Assembly (NCBI GenBank): GCA_938039325.1
Contig: CALHUX010000047.1
Location: forward strand, 37,909-101,908
Reading direction: 5' to 3'
Origin: an uncultured Collinsella sp.
Lineage (GTDB): Bacteria > Actinomycetota > Coriobacteriia > Coriobacteriales > Coriobacteriaceae
Length of the DNA: 64,000 nt
Shown here: positions 28,611-39,612 of the stretch, one piece after another
Layout: the number at the start of each line of letters is the position of its first letter
How positions within the stretch are numbered: the first letter of the stretch is position 1
Made by a program: the position numbers and the translations under genes
The notes under the pieces: model-generated
What the model saw: the letters and a program-made list of their open reading frames with translations, nothing else
What the model was told of the DNA's origin: nothing
The model's database searches: none

Positions 28611-30022
28611 TACTTGCCCTCGTCGGCAGGCATGTTGTCGCCGCCGTCTGCCGTCATGCCTGTGCCGGTATCCGTCACGATGGTGTCGCCGTCGCGTAAC
28701 TTGGTAACCGGGACGTCTGGGTTGATCTCGTTGCCCTGGTCGTCGCGCTTGACCTGCGTCTTACCGACTACAGCCTCGTTGTCGTTTTGCGTCACGACGG
28801 TCACCTTCACGCGGCGCGTCTTCTTGCCTTCCGAATCGGTGGCCAGATTGACGTAATAGTGCTCGCCATCTTCGGTCATCAGCGCCATGGTCGGCACCAT
28901 AACCACGTCGTCGAGCTTCTCGGTCACTACCGAGACCTCGGCAGTCATACCCGGCTTAAGGCGACTGTCGGGTGTTTCGATGAGGATGTCGACGTTAAAG
29001 GTCACGCTGCCGCCGCTACCGGAGCCGGAGTCAGAGTTTGCCACCGAGGCGATAGCCGTGACGGTGCCCTGGCTCACGATATCGGGAAACGCGGGATAGG
29101 TCACGTTGGCGCTTTGGCCCACGGCAATTTTGGCGATATCCTTTTCGCCCACCTGAACCGTCACCTTCATCTTGGACAGGTCGGCGATTTGCATGCACTG
29201 CTTGCCGCCGCTCGTGTCGCTTTCACCCATGATCATGCCGCCTGTTACCGTAGCGCCCACCTTGGCGTTGAGCTCCACGATGCTGCCCGAGCTGGGGGCC
29301 TTTACGGTGCGCTCGGCCGCCTTTGCAGTTGCCTGTTCCAGCGCTGCCTGGGCCGAGGCGAGGTTGCGCTGGGCGGTCGAGACGGCATTTGCGTTGGCGT
29401 TTGCGTCCGATGGACCGGTCGATCCGTCACTGTCCGTTGTCGGTGCGGCCTGTGCGGCCGCGAGTGCCACCTTTGCATTGTTCAGGTCTTCCTGGGCGGC
29501 CGCGACCGCGCGCTGCGCCTCGGAAACAGCGCTATCGAGCGCGTCGTTCTTAATGGTCATGAGTACGTCGCCCTCGTTGACGCTCTGTCCGGCCTGCACG
29601 TTGATCTTTTCAACCGTACCGTCGACAGAAGGGGAGACGACCGATGCCGAGATGGGCTTAAGCTGCCCCTTGGCTTCGACTGTGGTGGTAAACGTGCCTT
29701 CGGTGACCATGTCGGTCACCGGTCCGTTGGTGCCTGCGGGTTGCGCGTTGATGACCAGCGTTGCGATGATGGCAATGAGCGCGATGGCAACAACGACACC
29801 GACGGCGATACCGCGTCGGATGAGCTTTTTGCGCCGACGCTCGGCACGCTTTGCCTTGAGCTTTGCATAGGCTTCTTCATCGGAGATATCGGTCGAATCG
29901 TCGAGACTCGTTTGGGGCTGCTTGGTGTCTGCAGCGCTGATAATCGGCAGGGTCTCGGTGGCATCTTGGGGCATGCGATCGGAATCGTCAGGACCCGGAT
30001 TGATCGTGGGGACCTTGGACAT
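28610..30022 (-). CDS. Efflux periplasmic-adaptor/MFP subunit (YknX-like)
   Basis: N-terminal TM anchor, lipoyl-type motifs (GTVEKINVQAGQSVNEGD; VKAPSSG), coiled coil and LKPGMTA. Confidence 0.85.
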   Translation of the reverse strand: MSKVPTINPGPDDSDRMPQDATETLPIISAADTKQPQTSLDDSTDISDEEAYAKLKAKRAERRRKKLIRRGIAVGVVVAIALIAIIATLVINAQPAGTNGPVTDMVTEGTFTTTVEAKGQLKPISASVVSPSVDGTVEKINVQAGQSVNEGDVLMTIKNDALDSAVSEAQRAVAAAQEDLNNAKVALAAAQAAPTTDSDGSTGPSDANANANAVSTAQRNLASAQAALEQATAKAAERTVKAPSSGSIVELNAKVGATVTGGMIMGESDTSGGKQCMQIADLSKMKVTVQVGEKDIAKIAVGQSANVTYPAFPDIVSQGTVTAIASVANSDSGSGSGGSVTFNVDILIETPDSRLKPGMTAEVSVVTEKLDDVVMVPTMALMTEDGEHYYVNLATDSEGKKTRRVKVTVVTQNDNEAVVGKTQVKRDDQGNEINPDVPVTKLRDGDTIVTDTGTGMTADGGDNMPADEGK

Positions 30023-30056
30023 AGCGTCTCCTTTATCGATATGGCTCCGATAAGTA

Positions 30057-30086
30057 TATACGCCCGTCGCGATAGGCGGGCGTATA
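30057..30086 (-). terminator. Hairpin downstream of the L,D-transpeptidase gene
   Basis: TATACGCCCGTC / GGCGGGCGTATA inverted repeat; weak T-tract. Confidence 0.45.
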
Positions 30087-30154
30087 GAAGTTGCGGATGA
30101 CGGTACTGTAAGTTTTGTCGCCGTGCTGTTTACTTGTTGTAGACGTTAGCTGCG

Positions 30155-31870
30155 TTACGAGTGCACAACCACGCAGAGGCCGACTTTGATGCGCTCGTGG
30201 AGCGACTTGGCATCGGCCAGACGCAGGTTGATACAACCGTGGCTACCGCACCACTTGTACGATTCGGCGTTATCGAAACTCGAATCGTTTTGCCAGGTGG
30301 CGTCGTGGAATCCGACCATATTGCCCTCGAACGGCATCCAGTAGCTTACCGGGCTCTCGTATTTGGGCTTGCCGGTCTCGGGGTCCTTGGCACCGATGAG
30401 TTTGCTGGCGCCATCGTTGCTGTTGATCTGCCATACGCCCTCGGGGGTGGCGTCTTCGCCCGGTTTGCCAGAAATAAAGTTGGCCTCCCACACGATGTTG
30501 CCGCTCTCGTCGTAGTAGCGCGCATGCTGCTCGGACAGGTCGACGTCGATATAGGCCTTCCAGTCGGGCTCGCCCTTGGCGGTAAATGTGTCGGCCTTCT
30601 GGGAGTACTTGATCTCGATTTCGCCGGTCTGCTTGTTGTTGATGGCGTCCTCGACCTGCTTTGCGAGCGAGCTGCTGTCGATGGACCAACCAAAGTCGCC
30701 GCCTTCGACGGCGCACTGCTTGCCATCGGCGCGCGTCCACCAGCGAGTGGAGCCCACGGTATTGAAGCCGTTGGCGAGCTCGGCTGCCCAGCTGCTGATC
30801 TGCGACGTATCGAGCGTGGGGTTGGCGGGATCGGCAAAGCTGATCCACTGCAATACGGAGCTGCCATCAACCTTGCCGGCATCCTCGCCGTTGAGCTTGA
30901 GGGTCACGTTGACGCCCAGGAAATTGTTGGCGGCATCGCATGCAGCCTGAATCTGATCATCGGTCAGCGTTCCATTGAGCGGCTCATAGGCATCGTTGCC
31001 GAGCTTGGAAAGATCTACGGTCTCGGCCAGCGAGGCAAGCTCGAGCTCGGCATACTTAATGACATGCTCGCGGTTGAGTTTTTCGTTGGAGCGCGCCTTC
31101 TCGACGGTAAACTTGCCGGCCTGCTCGTCATAGGAGCTATTGGCCTCGAACGCGCCCGAACGGCCCTCGTTAAACTCGTCGATGGCGGCGCCCAGATCCT
31201 TCTCAAACTGCTTTTGGTTAAAGGCGTCGGAGAGCATGGACAGGTCGACGTCTTGATCAAGATCGACTTCGTTGGAGGTAGCGGTTGTTTTGGTCTTGCC
31301 GCTTAAGGATTCTACAAGGCGGACCGGCCATACAAAGGCTTCGTTGTGGCTAATAATATCTTTTGCGGCAGCTTCGCCGTCGACGATGGGCTCATCGGAC
31401 TCAGGCTGATATGTCCAGCTAAAGTCATCGCCTGTCACGGTGAGCTTATAGTGCTTCCATGCCGAGTTGACCTTGGTTGCGGCAGACGAAGCGTTGGAGA
31501 ACGAGACGTCGACGCCGGCAATGGTGGTGTTGGGGTAGGCTACCTGCGAAAACGCTACGATGCCTACGATATAGACAATGACGATAAGACCTAGGACGAC
31601 AAAGAGCGTCGTCTTTTTGCCTGACTTATTATTCTTGGCGGGTTTGCGTGCGGGGCCGCGATCGTCTCGACCGTGCGTGGGGGGCTGCTTGGGCGCATTG
31701 CCGTTTGCCTGGCGCTGCTGACGTTGCTGGTTCGGGCGTTGCGAAGTGTTTGTCGCACCACGCTGCTGACCGTGACTCGGCGCGATAGGACGCGGCGACT
31801 GAACGCCGCCGGTGTGCCTGCTCGGCTGCTGCGGATCGGGAATCAGTTGAGTTCGATCGTTTTGCGACAT
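30155..31870 (-). CDS. Membrane-anchored L,D-transpeptidase (YkuD domain, Ldtfm-like)
   Basis: Disordered N-terminus, one TM helix, PG-binding-like region, and catalytic TPEG...YWMPF...GFHDA...SHGCINL. Start placed by the GAAGGA RBS. Confidence 0.88.
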   Translation of the reverse strand: MSQNDRTQLIPDPQQPSRHTGGVQSPRPIAPSHGQQRGATNTSQRPNQQRQQRQANGNAPKQPPTHGRDDRGPARKPAKNNKSGKKTTLFVVLGLIVIVYIVGIVAFSQVAYPNTTIAGVDVSFSNASSAATKVNSAWKHYKLTVTGDDFSWTYQPESDEPIVDGEAAAKDIISHNEAFVWPVRLVESLSGKTKTTATSNEVDLDQDVDLSMLSDAFNQKQFEKDLGAAIDEFNEGRSGAFEANSSYDEQAGKFTVEKARSNEKLNREHVIKYAELELASLAETVDLSKLGNDAYEPLNGTLTDDQIQAACDAANNFLGVNVTLKLNGEDAGKVDGSSVLQWISFADPANPTLDTSQISSWAAELANGFNTVGSTRWWTRADGKQCAVEGGDFGWSIDSSSLAKQVEDAINNKQTGEIEIKYSQKADTFTAKGEPDWKAYIDVDLSEQHARYYDESGNIVWEANFISGKPGEDATPEGVWQINSNDGASKLIGAKDPETGKPKYESPVSYWMPFEGNMVGFHDATWQNDSSFDNAESYKWCGSHGCINLRLADAKSLHERIKVGLCVVVHS

Positions 31871-31979
31871 CGTATGCATATCCTTCGAATTTCGCCTTGT
31901 GGCTCATCGTGTTTTTACTGGGCTTGCATTATAGCGATTACCCAGTTGTTTGTGGTATGGAAACGGTGGCATTCAAAAG

Positions 31980-32001
31980 AGGTGGGACATTTGTCCCACC
32001 T
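31980..32001. repeat. GGGACA-type palindrome; probable terminator of sdaA
   Basis: AGGTGGGACA-TT-TGTCCCACCT perfect stem, flanked by A- and T-rich bases. Confidence 0.6.
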
Positions 32002-32019
32002 TTGAGTCGTCCTTTGTCG

Positions 32020-33627
32020 TTATCCGCACACACCGCATTTTGCACAGGCCGAAAGCGCGGCCGGAGCCTGCGCGATGCCGCCCTTTGCCGTCTCGCGCAG
32101 GGTTGCCGGCAGGGCGTGGCCCACCGAGAGCATGACATGTGCCATCTGGTCAAACGGCACCAGGCTCTTAATGCCGGCGAGGGCGAGTTGTGCCGAGCTA
32201 AAGGCCGCCGCCACGCCGATGGCGTTGCGGTTTTGGCAGGGCACCTCCACGAGGCCACCGACGGGGTCGCAAACGAGGCCCAGCAGGTTGCTCAGCGCGA
32301 TGGAACTGGCGTCGAGCGCCTGCTCGGGCGTGCCGCCGAGCATCTGCACCAGCGCGGCGGCAGCCATGGCGGCCGCACTTCCGACCTCGGCTTGGCAGCC
32401 GCCCTCGGCGCCGGCAACGCAGGCGCTTGTGGTGAGGTTGAGGCCGATGGCGGCGGCGCAGTAGAGCGCGTCCATGACTTGTTCGTCGTCGAGCTGGAGG
32501 TGGTCTGCGAGCGCCAGCACGCAGCCGGGCACGACACCCGCGGAGCCTGCCGTGGGGGCAGCGACGATCACACCCATCGTGGCTGAGCGCTCGAGCACGG
32601 CCATGGCTCGAGCCACGGCGTCGGTCTGGACGGCGCCCATTAAGTTGGAGCTCAGGTCGTTGCTGCCGGTGGCATCGACAAGTTTTGCCTCGCCGCCGAT
32701 GAGGCCGCCGAGCGAGCGCTGCGGATTGGAAATGGGGGCTGTGGTCTCTTCGCGCATGACGTCGAGTACGCGGCGCATGGCGGCGATGGCGTGTGCCTCG
32801 CCGGTCAGGCGCGCCTCGCGTACAGCCATGACGGCGCCGATGCTGAGCCCCAGTTCCTCGCACGCATCGAGCAGCTGCTCGCCGTCGTCGAAGATTTCCT
32901 TGGCCGAGACGCCGGGGGAGAGCGATGAGGCAGAACCGGGGAGCTCGATAAAGGTCGCGTAATCGACATTGTCGAGCTTGCGTAGCATGGGGATAACGGT
33001 GTCGTCGGGCGCGCCGTCGGTCTCAAAGACGGAGTAGGCCTGGCCGCCCACTTCGGTGCGGTAGGTGCGGCAGAAGGCGATGTTCACGTGTGCGTAGGCG
33101 AGCAGGTTCGTGAGCGCGGCGAGCACGCCGGGGACGTCGTAGTGCGCCACGAAGAGTGTGGAGTACATGCCCGAGATGTCGACGCCGACGCCGTTAATGC
33201 GGCTGATGCGCATCTTGCCGCCGCCCAGGCTCTCGCCACGAACCTGCGCCGTGGCGCCCGTGGCGTCGACCATGTCGATGTCGACGGTGTTAGGGTGGAT
33301 GGAGGCGTCGTCGCCCTTAATTTCAAAGTGATAGTCGAGGCCCTGCTCGCGTGCGAGGTCGAAGGCCTGCTTGATGTTCTCGTCGTCAGTGTCGAGGCCC
33401 AGAATGCCCGCGACGAGCGCACGGTCGGTGCCATGGCCGCGGTAGGTGTGGGCGAAGGAGTTCCACAGACCAAAGGTGACCTTAGTGATGCGGCCTTCCA
33501 GCAGGCTGGCGGCAACTTGGGCGCAGCGCAGGGCGCCGGCGGTGTGCGATGAGCTGGGGCCGACCATGACGGGGCCCAAGATCTCGAATGCCGAGGTCGT
33601 AGCTAGTGTTTGCGGCTTGCCTGCCAT
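32020..33627 (-). CDS. sdaA: Fe-S L-serine dehydratase, fused beta(+ACT)-alpha subunits
   Basis: Beta motifs GPVMVGPSSSHTAG, GHGTD and HPNT; ACT-like segment; alpha motifs APTAGSAG, GAEGGCQAE, GLVCDP and LRETAKGG. AAAGGAG RBS. Confidence 0.9.
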   Translation of the reverse strand: MAGKPQTLATTSAFEILGPVMVGPSSSHTAGALRCAQVAASLLEGRITKVTFGLWNSFAHTYRGHGTDRALVAGILGLDTDDENIKQAFDLAREQGLDYHFEIKGDDASIHPNTVDIDMVDATGATAQVRGESLGGGKMRISRINGVGVDISGMYSTLFVAHYDVPGVLAALTNLLAYAHVNIAFCRTYRTEVGGQAYSVFETDGAPDDTVIPMLRKLDNVDYATFIELPGSASSLSPGVSAKEIFDDGEQLLDACEELGLSIGAVMAVREARLTGEAHAIAAMRRVLDVMREETTAPISNPQRSLGGLIGGEAKLVDATGSNDLSSNLMGAVQTDAVARAMAVLERSATMGVIVAAPTAGSAGVVPGCVLALADHLQLDDEQVMDALYCAAAIGLNLTTSACVAGAEGGCQAEVGSAAAMAAAALVQMLGGTPEQALDASSIALSNLLGLVCDPVGGLVEVPCQNRNAIGVAAAFSSAQLALAGIKSLVPFDQMAHVMLSVGHALPATLRETAKGGIAQAPAALSACAKCGVCG

Positions 33628-33652
33628 GGCTGCTCCTTTAATCCATCCCGTC

Positions 33653-33773
33653 GTCCCGAGGTGCGGGGCATAAGGTCGCCTGCTCGGACAGTCCTGCTCG
33701 CACGGAGAGCACATTAAGTGCTCTCCGGCTCGTGCGGAACTCGCGATCGACCTTATGCCCCGCCCCTCGGGAC
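33653..33773. repeat. Long nested palindromic intergenic element
   Basis: 26-bp arms with one mismatch (33653-33678 / 33748-33773) enclose a perfect 10-bp hairpin CGGAGAGCAC-ATTAA-GTGCTCTCCG. Confidence 0.8.
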
Positions 33774-33867
33774 TAAGGATACATGGTTGGAGTGCCCGTG
33801 CTGCAAAATTCATTAGCTGGTGACGCAGCGTAGGCTCATATCGAAACATCTTCACTACCGGATTAAT

Positions 33868-33903
33868 AAAAAAGAAGTACCGCTTGGGGGCGGTACTTCT
33901 TTT
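33868..33903 (-). terminator. Intrinsic terminator of metK
   Basis: AAAAGAAGTACCGC / GCGGTACTTCTTTT hairpin, with an A-tract on the + strand side (U-tract in the metK transcript). Confidence 0.8.
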
Positions 33904-33940
33904 GAAAGCGTGTGCGTGTTGTGACCTTGGTGGTTTCCAA

Positions 33941-35221
<1,281 letters not shown>

Positions 35222-35329
35222 GATTGTCCTTTCAAAAACGTGTCCCGGCGACCGTTACCATTCCGCCGGGCTCTCTATGCAAGGGCACATCATAGCGCGT
35301 AAATCCAACATTCACACCCTTTCCGCACC

Positions 35330-35446
35330 TACTCATTGGGGACAGACTTAATTACTCATTGGGGACAGACTTAAATGACCAGTCTTAAACCAAGAATGTC
35401 CCCAATGACTACAACGACTGGTCATTTAAGTCTGTCCCCAATGAGT
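35330..35446. repeat. REP/REPIN-like cluster of GGGGACAGA motifs
   Basis: TACTCATTGGGGACAGACTTAA occurs as a direct repeat (35330, 35353). A perfect 31-bp inverted repeat spans 35354-35384 / 35416-35446, with a partial copy in its loop. Confidence 0.9.
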
Positions 35447-35530
35447 GGGTCGGTGCCCTTTGTGCGGAGGTTGCTTTGATGCTTTATACTGATGCGGTTA
35501 GACATCCATCCTGCAATCGAGGAGATTTCC

Positions 35531-37006
35531 ATGGCATCAGACGTTCGCGTCCGCTTTGCACCCTCACCGACGGGCAAGCTGCACATCGGCGGCGCCCGCA
35601 CCGCTATCTATAACTGGGCTTTCGCCCGCGCAAACGGCGGCACGTTCATCCTGCGCATCGACGACACCGACCCCACCCGTTCCACCGACGAGAACACGCA
35701 GATCATCCTGCGCGCCATGCGTTGGCTGGGCCTGGACTGGGACGAGGGTCCCGAGGTGGGCGGAGACTTTGGCCCCTACGCCCAGACCGAGCGCCTGGAC
35801 CTGTACAAGCAGGCTGCCCAGAAGCTTTGGGACGAGGGCAAGGCCTATCCCTGCTTCTGCACCAAGGAGCAGCTCGACGCCGATCGCAAGGCCGCGCAGG
35901 AGCGCAAGGACCCCTTCCAGGGCTATCAGCGCCGCTGCCGCGATCTTGATCCCGAGGAGGCCCGCCGCCGCATCGAGGCCGGCGAGTCCTACGTCCTGCG
36001 TATTAAGGTGCCCGAGGACCGCGGCGACGTCGTCATCAACGACGCCGTCCACGGCGAGGTGACCTTCGACGCCAAGGAGCTCGACGACTTTGTCATCTTC
36101 CGCTCCGACGGCACGCCCACGTACAACTTCGCGACCGTCGTCGACGACGCCATGATGAAGATTACCCACGTCATCCGCGGCGACGACCACCTTTCCAACA
36201 CCCCGCGCCAGGTCATGGTGTATGAGGCTCTCGGTGCGCCCGTGCCCACGTTCGCCCACATCTCCATGATTCTGGGCGCCGATGGCAAGAAGCTCTCCAA
36301 GCGCCACGGCGCCACCTCGGTGGAGGAGTACCGCGATGCCGGTTACCTGCCCGACGCGTTCGTCAACTACCTGGCGTTGCTCGGCTGGTCGCTCGACGGC
36401 GAGACTACGATCATCCCGCGCGATGTCCTGGCCAGCAAGTTCTCGCTCGACCGCATTTCCAAGAACCCGGCGACCTTCGACCCAAAGAAGCTCGACTGGG
36501 TCAATGCCGAGTACATCAACGGCATGTCCGATGCTCAGTTTGCCGACGAGATCATGGTTCCCGAGCTGCACGAGGCGGGTCTCATCGAGGGTAACGTCGA
36601 GTACGGCGAGGACTGGATTGACGCGCTTGCCGCCATCGTCAAGCCGCGCACCAAGATGCCGGCCGACGCCGTGACCGTTGCCGCCCCCATCTTTGCTACG
36701 GCCGAGACGCTCGAGTATGACGAGAAGTCCGTCAACAAGGGCCTGGCCAAGGAGGGCATGGGTGCCATTCTGGACGCCGCCAAGGCCGCGCTCGAGGGCG
36801 TGGACGAGTGGACCGCCGAGGCCATCGACGCTGCGCTTGAGCCGCTGCCCGAGCAGATGGACCTCAAGAAGCGCGTTGTGTTCCAGGCCGTGCGCGTCGC
36901 CGTCTGCGGCAACATGGTGAGCCCTCCGCTGGGCGAGACCATGGCACTCGTCGGCCGCGACGACTGCCTGGCGCGCATCGACCGCGCCCGCACGATGGCG
37001 CTGTAA
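35531..37006 (+). CDS. gltX: Glutamate--tRNA ligase
   Basis: Motifs RFAPSPTG, HIGG, HVIRGDDH and KLSKR. Confidence 0.96.
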   Translation: MASDVRVRFAPSPTGKLHIGGARTAIYNWAFARANGGTFILRIDDTDPTRSTDENTQIILRAMRWLGLDWDEGPEVGGDFGPYAQTERLDLYKQAAQKLWDEGKAYPCFCTKEQLDADRKAAQERKDPFQGYQRRCRDLDPEEARRRIEAGESYVLRIKVPEDRGDVVINDAVHGEVTFDAKELDDFVIFRSDGTPTYNFATVVDDAMMKITHVIRGDDHLSNTPRQVMVYEALGAPVPTFAHISMILGADGKKLSKRHGATSVEEYRDAGYLPDAFVNYLALLGWSLDGETTIIPRDVLASKFSLDRISKNPATFDPKKLDWVNAEYINGMSDAQFADEIMVPELHEAGLIEGNVEYGEDWIDALAAIVKPRTKMPADAVTVAAPIFATAETLEYDEKSVNKGLAKEGMGAILDAAKAALEGVDEWTAEAIDAALEPLPEQMDLKKRVVFQAVRVAVCGNMVSPPLGETMALVGRDDCLARIDRARTMAL

Positions 37007-37029
37007 TCGCTGCACAAACGTTTGTATCC

Positions 37030-37064
37030 GAGCCCCGTTCTCCCCGAGCGGGGCTCTTGTTTCT
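37030..37064 (+). terminator. Intrinsic terminator of gltX
   Basis: GAGCCCCGTTC / GAGCGGGGCTC hairpin followed by TTGTTTCT. Confidence 0.7.
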
Positions 37065-37146
37065 GTACCGATGAGTGGGTTGCTGGGACAAACACTACTG
37101 ATTATTTTGTCCCACCCCTTTCAGGTCCGTTCGTTAGAGGTGGTGT

Positions 37147-39600
37147 ATGGCTCAACAACTGTCGCTGTTTGGTTCGCCGGAACCGGAGGAGACTCCGGTG
37201 AAGTCCGTGCCTGCCGCTGCCCTGGTTCAACCTAAGCCTGCACCTGAGCCCATTGCCGCCTACGCGAGCGTTCTCCTTGACATTCCCACCCGCGCGCTGT
37301 CCGAGCCATTTGCCTACAGCATTTCGCAGTCCCTTGCCAACGAGGCGCAGATCGGATCCACGGTCCTGGTCCACTTTGGCAACCGTGCGGCCGCGGGCTA
37401 TATCGTCGACATTGCGCCTGAGCTGGGCGACCTACAGGGCAACAACGCCCTCGACCCTTCGCGCATTAAGCCCGTCGAAGCCATCCTCAGCAAACCGCTC
37501 TTTACCGCCGAGGCTTCCCGCATCGCACGCTGGATGAGCCGCGAGTATGTCGCGGCGCTGTCCGAGTGCCTGCGCCTGTTTTTGCCCCCGGGCGGCAGCC
37601 CGCGTGTGGTCAAGGGCGACGACGGCGTGTGGACGGTTGAACGTCCAGCCGTCAAGCCTATCCAAAACCGCTGGGTCATGCTTACGCCCGAGGGCTTCGA
37701 CTATACGCCGCCCAAGACCGCGGTCCGCCAGCGCCAACTCATCGAGGCGCTCCAGTGCGGCCCGGTCACGACGCGCGACCTCAACCTTCTCTATAACAGC
37801 ATGTCGGCGACCATCAAGGCGCTCAAAAAGCGCGGCGTCGTGGTGGTAGAGGAACGCCGTGCGTGGCGTGGCTGCAGCGAGCAGACCACGCTGTCCTCGG
37901 CAAGCGGCAAGGCGCCGGTCTCCCTTACCAACGGCCAGCAGCAAGCGCTTGCTCAGATCGAGCGCGCCCGCCTTGACGCCCATGGCGACGTGGTCCTTGT
38001 CGACGGCGTTACCGGCTCCGGCAAAACCGAGGTTTACCTCTCCGCTATCGAGCGCGTGCTCGCGGCCGGTCGCTCGGCCTGCGTGCTCGTGCCCGAGATC
38101 TCGCTGACGGCCCAGACCGTCGGCCGCTTCCGCTCGCGCTTTGGCGAGACGGTCGCTGTGTTCCATTCGCGGCTTTCGGCCGGCGAGCGCCTGGACCAGT
38201 GGGATATGGTTGCCAGCGGTGCCGCCCGCGTTGTCGTCGGTGCACGTTCGGCGCTCTTTTGCCCGCTCAGCGACTTGGGCCTCATCATCATCGACGAGGA
38301 ACACGAGACCAGTTACAAGCAAGGCTCCAGTCCGCGCTACCACGCGCGCGAGGTGGCGGCCGAGATGGCGCGGCGCTACCACTGCCCGCTCGTGTTGGGC
38401 TCCGCCACGCCTTCTGCCGAGGCCCTCGACCGCTGCTGCCGTGGAACGTATAACGGTGCTACCTGGACGCGTGTCGAGATGCCCGAGCGCCCGGGGCTCG
38501 CCGTGCTGCCCACGGTCCGCATTGCCGACCTGCGCCGTGAGTTTTCTCACGGCAGCCGCTCCATGTTCTCAAAACCCTTGATGGAGGGCTTGGAACGCGT
38601 GGTCGAACGCCGCGAGAAGGCCGTGCTGCTGCATAACCGCCGCGGCTTTGCGCCGTTTTTGATGTGCCGTGAGTGCGGCTGCGTCCCCACCTGCAACCAC
38701 TGCTCCACCGCGCTTACGTATCACGAGCGCACGCACACGCTGCAATGTCACACATGCGGTTCGTCTTGGCGCGTGCAGCCGTATCCCGCGCCCACGAGCC
38801 GTTGCCCCAAATGTGGCAGTCGCTACCTGGCGAAAATGGGGCTGGGCACGCAGCAGATCGAGGACGCACTGCACCAGATGCTTCCCGAGGACGTCGCCAT
38901 TATTCGCATGGATGCCGATTCCACGCGCGGCAAGGATGCGCACAAAAAGTTGCTCGAGCAGTTCGATGCGGCCGATTGCGCCGTGCTGCTGGGCACCCAA
39001 ATGATCGCAAAGGGTCTCGATTTTCCCGAGGTCACGCTCGTGGGCGTGGTCAATGCCGATTTTGCGCTGAAGCTGCCCGATTTTAGAGCAGGGGAGCGCG
39101 CCTACGATTTGCTGGAGCAAGTCGCCGGCCGTGCCGGTCGCGGTGATCGCCCCGGCGAGGTCATCATCCAGACCTACCTGCCCGAGGATCCGGTCATTCG
39201 CGCCGTCGCCGAGCACGATCGCTCGATCTTTACCGACTACGATCTGAACCAGCGCCGCGACGCGCTGTACCCGCCGTTTGTTCGTCTGGTCAACGTCTTG
39301 GTGTGGTCGGCGAACCGAGACGACGCGCAAGACTACATCGGGCGCATCGCAAAGCTCCTTAAGCGCCGCTGGTACGCCGCCGCCCCTGATTTTTTGCGGG
39401 CGGGGAGTGTCGTGCCGCAGGTGCTAGGCCCGGCTTCGTGTGTAATCGAGAGAGCCAAGGACCGTTACCGCTTCCATCTGCTTGTAAAGTCGCCGGTAGG
39501 GTACCATGTCTCTGATGATATCGACGCCTGCCTCAAAGAGGTGGGCTCTGTGCGCGGCGTGAGCGTGAGCGTTGACGTCGACGCCTATGATTTGATGTAA
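37147..39600 (+). CDS. priA: Primosomal protein N' (replication restart helicase)
   Basis: Motifs GVTGSGKTEVY, IIDEEH, four CxxC zinc motifs, GTQMIAKG and QVAGRAGR. Confidence 0.96.
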   Translation: MAQQLSLFGSPEPEETPVKSVPAAALVQPKPAPEPIAAYASVLLDIPTRALSEPFAYSISQSLANEAQIGSTVLVHFGNRAAAGYIVDIAPELGDLQGNNALDPSRIKPVEAILSKPLFTAEASRIARWMSREYVAALSECLRLFLPPGGSPRVVKGDDGVWTVERPAVKPIQNRWVMLTPEGFDYTPPKTAVRQRQLIEALQCGPVTTRDLNLLYNSMSATIKALKKRGVVVVEERRAWRGCSEQTTLSSASGKAPVSLTNGQQQALAQIERARLDAHGDVVLVDGVTGSGKTEVYLSAIERVLAAGRSACVLVPEISLTAQTVGRFRSRFGETVAVFHSRLSAGERLDQWDMVASGAARVVVGARSALFCPLSDLGLIIIDEEHETSYKQGSSPRYHAREVAAEMARRYHCPLVLGSATPSAEALDRCCRGTYNGATWTRVEMPERPGLAVLPTVRIADLRREFSHGSRSMFSKPLMEGLERVVERREKAVLLHNRRGFAPFLMCRECGCVPTCNHCSTALTYHERTHTLQCHTCGSSWRVQPYPAPTSRCPKCGSRYLAKMGLGTQQIEDALHQMLPEDVAIIRMDADSTRGKDAHKKLLEQFDAADCAVLLGTQMIAKGLDFPEVTLVGVVNADFALKLPDFRAGERAYDLLEQVAGRAGRGDRPGEVIIQTYLPEDPVIRAVAEHDRSIFTDYDLNQRRDALYPPFVRLVNVLVWSANRDDAQDYIGRIAKLLKRRWYAAAPDFLRAGSVVPQVLGPASCVIERAKDRYRFHLLVKSPVGYHVSDDIDACLKEVGSVRGVSVSVDVDAYDLM

Positions 39601-39612
39601 CAAACCGAAAGG

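Noticed and set aside
26626..30022. MacAB-like exporter as part of the B12 island
   Set aside because: It lies outside the IS21 scar, has host-like composition and is a common envelope-stress module.
35330..35446. Possible CRISPR mini-array
   Set aside because: The direct repeats are separated by 1 bp and the other copies are inverted. There are no unique spacers and no cas genes.
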